DNA from: Campylobacterota bacterium
Lineage (GTDB): Bacteria; Campylobacterota; Campylobacteria; Campylobacterales; Sulfurimonadaceae
NCBI GenBank assembly: GCA_034717975.1
Contig: JAYEMF010000027.1
Span: forward strand, 1 to 55,017
Direction: 5' to 3'
Length of the DNA stretch: 55,017 nucleotides
The translations under genes and the position numbers were made by a program. Positions 51,940-55,017 of this stretch are shown one piece after another. The notes under the pieces are model-generated. The model had not been told where the DNA came from. It made no database searches and was given only the letters and a program-made list of their open reading frames with translations. Each line of letters starts with the position of its first letter. Positions within the stretch are counted from its first letter, which is position 1.

Positions 51940-52368
51940 TTATTTTGTTGAGTCATTTTTTGCCGTTTGACATAATTCCCGCTTAATGATTGGAAGCAGT
52001 TCCGCCTCAATCAGATCCAATGCTTTGGCATACTCTTCCGTAGCCTTACCCGATGGATCGTCAAATCCGATATGGATCGTTTTGACAGCCTTTGGGAACA
52101 TGGGGCAGGTCTCATTGGCATGGTCACAGACCGTGACGACAAGATCAAAGGCATTGTCAAGAACGGTTTCGATCACTTTTGAGTGGTAATCCTCTCTCCA
52201 GTACCCTTTTGCCTCCAGTAGAGCCTGAGCATTGGGATTGACCTTGCCGCTCGCTTTGACACCGGAGCTGTAAGCTTCAACGCAATCGCCAAGCTTGGCA
52301 TTAATGAGCGCTTCGGCCATGATGGAGCGGCAGCTGTTGCCAGTACATAGAATCAAAACTTTTTTCAT
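51940..52368 (-). CDS. arsC: Arsenate reductase, LMW-PTP/thioredoxin-coupled type
   Basis: CTGNSCRS; VTVCDHANETCP; DDP. Confidence 0.93.
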   Translation of the reverse strand: MKKVLILCTGNSCRSIMAEALINAKLGDCVEAYSSGVKASGKVNPNAQALLEAKGYWREDYHSKVIETVLDNAFDLVVTVCDHANETCPMFPKAVKTIHIGFDDPSGKATEEYAKALDLIEAELLPIIKRELCQTAKNDSTK

Positions 52369-52688
52369 AAATTACATCCCTTTTTGGTGTCAGCTTTTTT
52401 AAGTGGTGGCAGTTCGATACCCAGATGACGGATCTCCTCAAGAGCTTCACTGCGGAAGCGGTCAAGTGGGGAGCGTATAGAGTAATAGGCCCAGGTCCCT
52501 TTGCGGTCAACCCGAACAAACCCCGCCTCTTTCAAGATCTTCAGATGACGAGAAAGCCGTGACTGGATCATCTCGAGCGACTGTTGCAGGTCACAGACAC
52601 ACAACGGACCATACTCGTCTAAAAAACGTAGAAGCAGGACACGTGTTTCATCATTCAGCGCTGCCGTTGACTTTAAAAAAATTTCCAT
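52365..52688 (-). CDS. arsR: ArsR/SmtB family repressor
   Basis: LCVCDL; QSRLSRHLKIL. Confidence 0.93.
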   Translation of the reverse strand: MEIFLKSTAALNDETRVLLLRFLDEYGPLCVCDLQQSLEMIQSRLSRHLKILKEAGFVRVDRKGTWAYYSIRSPLDRFRSEALEEIRHLGIELPPLKKADTKKGCNL

Positions 52689-52719
52689 GAGCGTAAGTAT
52701 AGCTGTTTTATTTTAATAT

Positions 52720-52754
52720 ATCAAGATATATTGATTTAATAATCTTTTTTTGAT
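52720..52754. promoter_or_regulatory. Putative ArsR operator(s)
   Basis: ATCAA-N6-TTGAT at 52720-52735; degenerate ATAAT-N6-TTGAT at 52739-52754; between -10 boxes TATACT (minus, 52701-52696) and TATAGT (plus, 52754-52759). Confidence 0.65.
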
Positions 52755-52777
52755 ATAGTGTCGTTAAATTAAATATT

Positions 52778-52803
52778 GTCATTCCTGCGAAGGCAGGAAT
52801 GAC
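52778..52803. repeat. REP-like palindrome (GTCATTCC type)
   Basis: GTCATTCCTGC-GAAG-GCAGGAATGAC, perfect 11-bp stem. Confidence 0.75.
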
Positions 52804-52860
52804 GGTTTGTTAAAGAAAGTCGAAGATTAAACTTGACTTACCGTGAATGAAAGGATTGTC

Positions 52861-53760
52861 ATGCAGCAAGATAAAAAGCGCAATGTACTCTTTATAATTG
52901 CATTGAACCTGATCATTGTCGCTGCCGAGATCTTTTACGGCCTATTGGCGAACTCCATTGCCCTGATCACAGATGCGTTTCATAACCTCGGGGATGTACT
53001 GGCTGTAGTTATTACCTATAGCGCCATTGTAATGAGCAGTAAAAAACCGACTTTTAAATACACCTTCGGATTTTTAAAAGCCGAAATGATGGCGGCATTC
53101 GTCAATGCCCTTTTTTTGGTAATCACGCTGGGGTTCCTGATCTACGAGTCGGCAGGACGTCTTTTTGAACCGCAGCAAGTTCAGGCGGAGTATATGATCG
53201 TTGTGGCCCTGATAGCCCTGGTTGCCAACGCTGTCAGTGCGTACCTGCTCTCAGAACAGGGAATGGGACATCATCACGACCATCATGATCTCAATATCCG
53301 TTCGGCTTACCTGCATATGCTGGGCGATGCACTGATCTCACTGGGCGTTGTTGCCGGCGGTGTGATCATCTACTTTTTCGGTATCTATATGATCGATGCT
53401 CTTCTCTCCATCCTCTTCTCTCTTTACATTCTGAAAGAGACGGTTCCGCTGCTTCGCCGAAGTTTCCTCTCACTGATGGAAGCCAATTTATCAGATGTCA
53501 GACAAGAAGATATTGAAGCAGTACTTCTAAAAAATGAACATGTCAGCGGCTATCATGATCTGCATCTCAGCCAGCCAAAATCAAATGAGACCTACCTGAC
53601 AGTTCACCTTCTGATCGACAGTGATCTGAATCTGAGCATCCTGGATGATATCCTTGAACAGATTCGTGAAGATTTTAAGCTGCTGGGCATTACCCATACG
53701 GTGATTCAGAGTGAATCCAACAGCTATACGACGGATCATCCGTTTTGTAATACACATTAA
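52861..53760 (+). CDS. Cation diffusion facilitator (CzcD/ZitB-like); ORF open from 52843
   Basis: ITDAFHNLGD; His-rich loop; SAYLHMLGD; HDLH. Confidence 0.92.
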   Translation: MQQDKKRNVLFIIALNLIIVAAEIFYGLLANSIALITDAFHNLGDVLAVVITYSAIVMSSKKPTFKYTFGFLKAEMMAAFVNALFLVITLGFLIYESAGRLFEPQQVQAEYMIVVALIALVANAVSAYLLSEQGMGHHHDHHDLNIRSAYLHMLGDALISLGVVAGGVIIYFFGIYMIDALLSILFSLYILKETVPLLRRSFLSLMEANLSDVRQEDIEAVLLKNEHVSGYHDLHLSQPKSNETYLTVHLLIDSDLNLSILDDILEQIREDFKLLGITHTVIQSESNSYTTDHPFCNTH

Positions 53761-53772
53761 AGAAGGTCGATT

Positions 53773-54435
53773 ATGGAACTTTCAAAGCGTCTTTATGCGG
53801 AGTTTTTTGGGACGATGATCCTTGTTTTCGCCGGTACAGGAGCAATTATCACGGAGCAGTTGACCGGTGCTGTGACCCATGCCGGCATCGCTCTGACATT
53901 CGGTGCAGTGGTGATGGCGCTGATCTATACCCTTGGACATATCTCCGGGGCACACTTTAATCCGGCGGTGACTATAGCGTTCAGTGTAGCGGGCGAGTTT
54001 GATAAAAAAGAGGTACTTCCCTATTCGCTCGCACAGGTCGGCGGCGGCATAGCTGCAAGTGCACTGCTCTACGCCTTGTTTGCTGAAGATATCACTGCGA
54101 TGGCGTCAGTCGGCTACCTCGGTGCGACACTGCCGCGCGGATCATGGATGCAGTCGTTTGGTTTTGAATTTGTTCTTACCTTTATTTTGATGCTGGTCAT
54201 CTTTGGTTCGGCGGTGCATGCCAAAGCGGTAAAAAAAGCGGCAGGATTAGCTATTGGAGCGACGGTCGGCCTTGAAGCGATGTTCGCCGGACCGATTTGC
54301 GGGGCGTCGATGAATCCGGCCCGCTCCATCGGACCGGCCCTGATCTCCGGTCATTTTGAACATCTATGGCTCTATATAGTGGCTACAGTTCTGGGCGCTG
54401 TCGCTGCTGTCTTTGCCTACAGACTTATGCGTTAG
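53773..54435 (+). CDS. MIP family aquaporin (NIP/AqpS-like, probable arsenite channel)
   Basis: SGAHFNPAVT and SMNPARS; adjacent to an arsC-like gene. Confidence 0.9.
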   Translation: MELSKRLYAEFFGTMILVFAGTGAIITEQLTGAVTHAGIALTFGAVVMALIYTLGHISGAHFNPAVTIAFSVAGEFDKKEVLPYSLAQVGGGIAASALLYALFAEDITAMASVGYLGATLPRGSWMQSFGFEFVLTFILMLVIFGSAVHAKAVKKAAGLAIGATVGLEAMFAGPICGASMNPARSIGPALISGHFEHLWLYIVATVLGAVAAVFAYRLMR

Positions 54436-54444
54436 GGAGAGTTT

Positions 54445-54858
54445 ATGAAAGTTTTGTTTGTCTGCAAATACAATAGTGCCAGAAGCCAGATGGCAGCGGC
54501 TTTTTTTAATCACTATGCCTTGAAACCGAACCTGGCAGAGAGTGCCGGCATCGAACCGGGGGCTTTGAGTATGCATGCTGTTAAAGCGATGGCAGAAAAA
54601 GATATTGATATTTTTGGCAATGTGGTTAAAAGTGTGGATGATGCGGGAAGTGACTTTACCCACCTTGTTGTCATAGGTGATGAAACCATAACAGCCAAAT
54701 GCCCCAGCTTCCCGAAACTTGAAGAGACAGTTATCTGGGATCTTCCTGATCCTTCCACCTTTGATGGCAGCCAAGAGGAGTTTAGCGTGTTGCTATGTTG
54801 TATCCGGGATACCATCGAGCAGAAGGTCAAAGCACTTGTCACTGATGGTTTGGAGTAA
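54445..54858 (+). CDS. LMW-PTP/ArsC-like protein (variant cysteine pattern)
   Basis: CKYNSARSQMA; ESAG; WDLPDP. Confidence 0.85.
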   Translation: MKVLFVCKYNSARSQMAAAFFNHYALKPNLAESAGIEPGALSMHAVKAMAEKDIDIFGNVVKSVDDAGSDFTHLVVIGDETITAKCPSFPKLEETVIWDLPDPSTFDGSQEEFSVLLCCIRDTIEQKVKALVTDGLE

Positions 54859-54915
54859 ATAAAACAGATATTTTGTTATACTAATCAAGTATATCTGTAA
54901 TGCAAGGAAAATCCT

Positions 54916-55017
54916 ATGCAAAAAATTCTTGAAAAGCATTGGCACCATCTCCCCGAAGAGGAGATCCTTGAAATCCTGGAGTCTGATGTCCGGAAAGGAT
55001 TAGATACTTTCGAACTC
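54916..55017 (+). CDS. Cation-transporting P-type ATPase N-terminus (partial)
   Basis: SD AAGGA; MQKILEKHWHHLPEEEILEILESDVRKGLD fits the WH...GL Cation_ATPase_N pattern. Confidence 0.7.
   Translation, partial: MQKILEKHWHHLPEEEILEILESDVRKGLDTFEL

Overview
Chromosomal region of a free-living Campylobacterota bacterium (Sulfurimonas/Sulfurovum-like, inferred from gene order and protein style). Housekeeping blocks: rplU-rpmA-obgE-proB-fmt-birA-parA-parB-atpF'FHAGDC-tolQRAB-pal-cpoB-slyD-(Fis-HTH AAA protein)-fabD-(CN hydrolase)-mtnN-ttcA, and rpmH-rnpA-yidD-yidC-jag-mnmE-ruvX-macrodomain. Accessory parts: an M20 amidohydrolase with a HATPase-GNAT fusion, mutY, yigZ, an MlaE/MCE cluster with a degenerate ATPase followed by lemA, two cation:proton antiporters, an orphan PhnD-like binding protein facing a diguanylate cyclase, an EAL protein, and a divergent arsenic/metal-resistance cluster. 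No rRNA, tRNA, CRISPR array or intact transposase was seen. Most notable: (1) an MCE transporter whose ATPase homolog lacks Walker A, signature and Walker B; (2) a three-copy structured intergenic repeat with covarying stems; (3) rnpA with no ATG/GTG/TTG start; (4) eight apparently leaderless genes, including two tightly packed divergent pairs; (5) a structured ~200-nt rplU leader; (6) the HATPase-GNAT/amidohydrolase pair; (7) REP/MITE elements beside gene remnants. All calls come from reading the sequence; no searches or folding programs were run.
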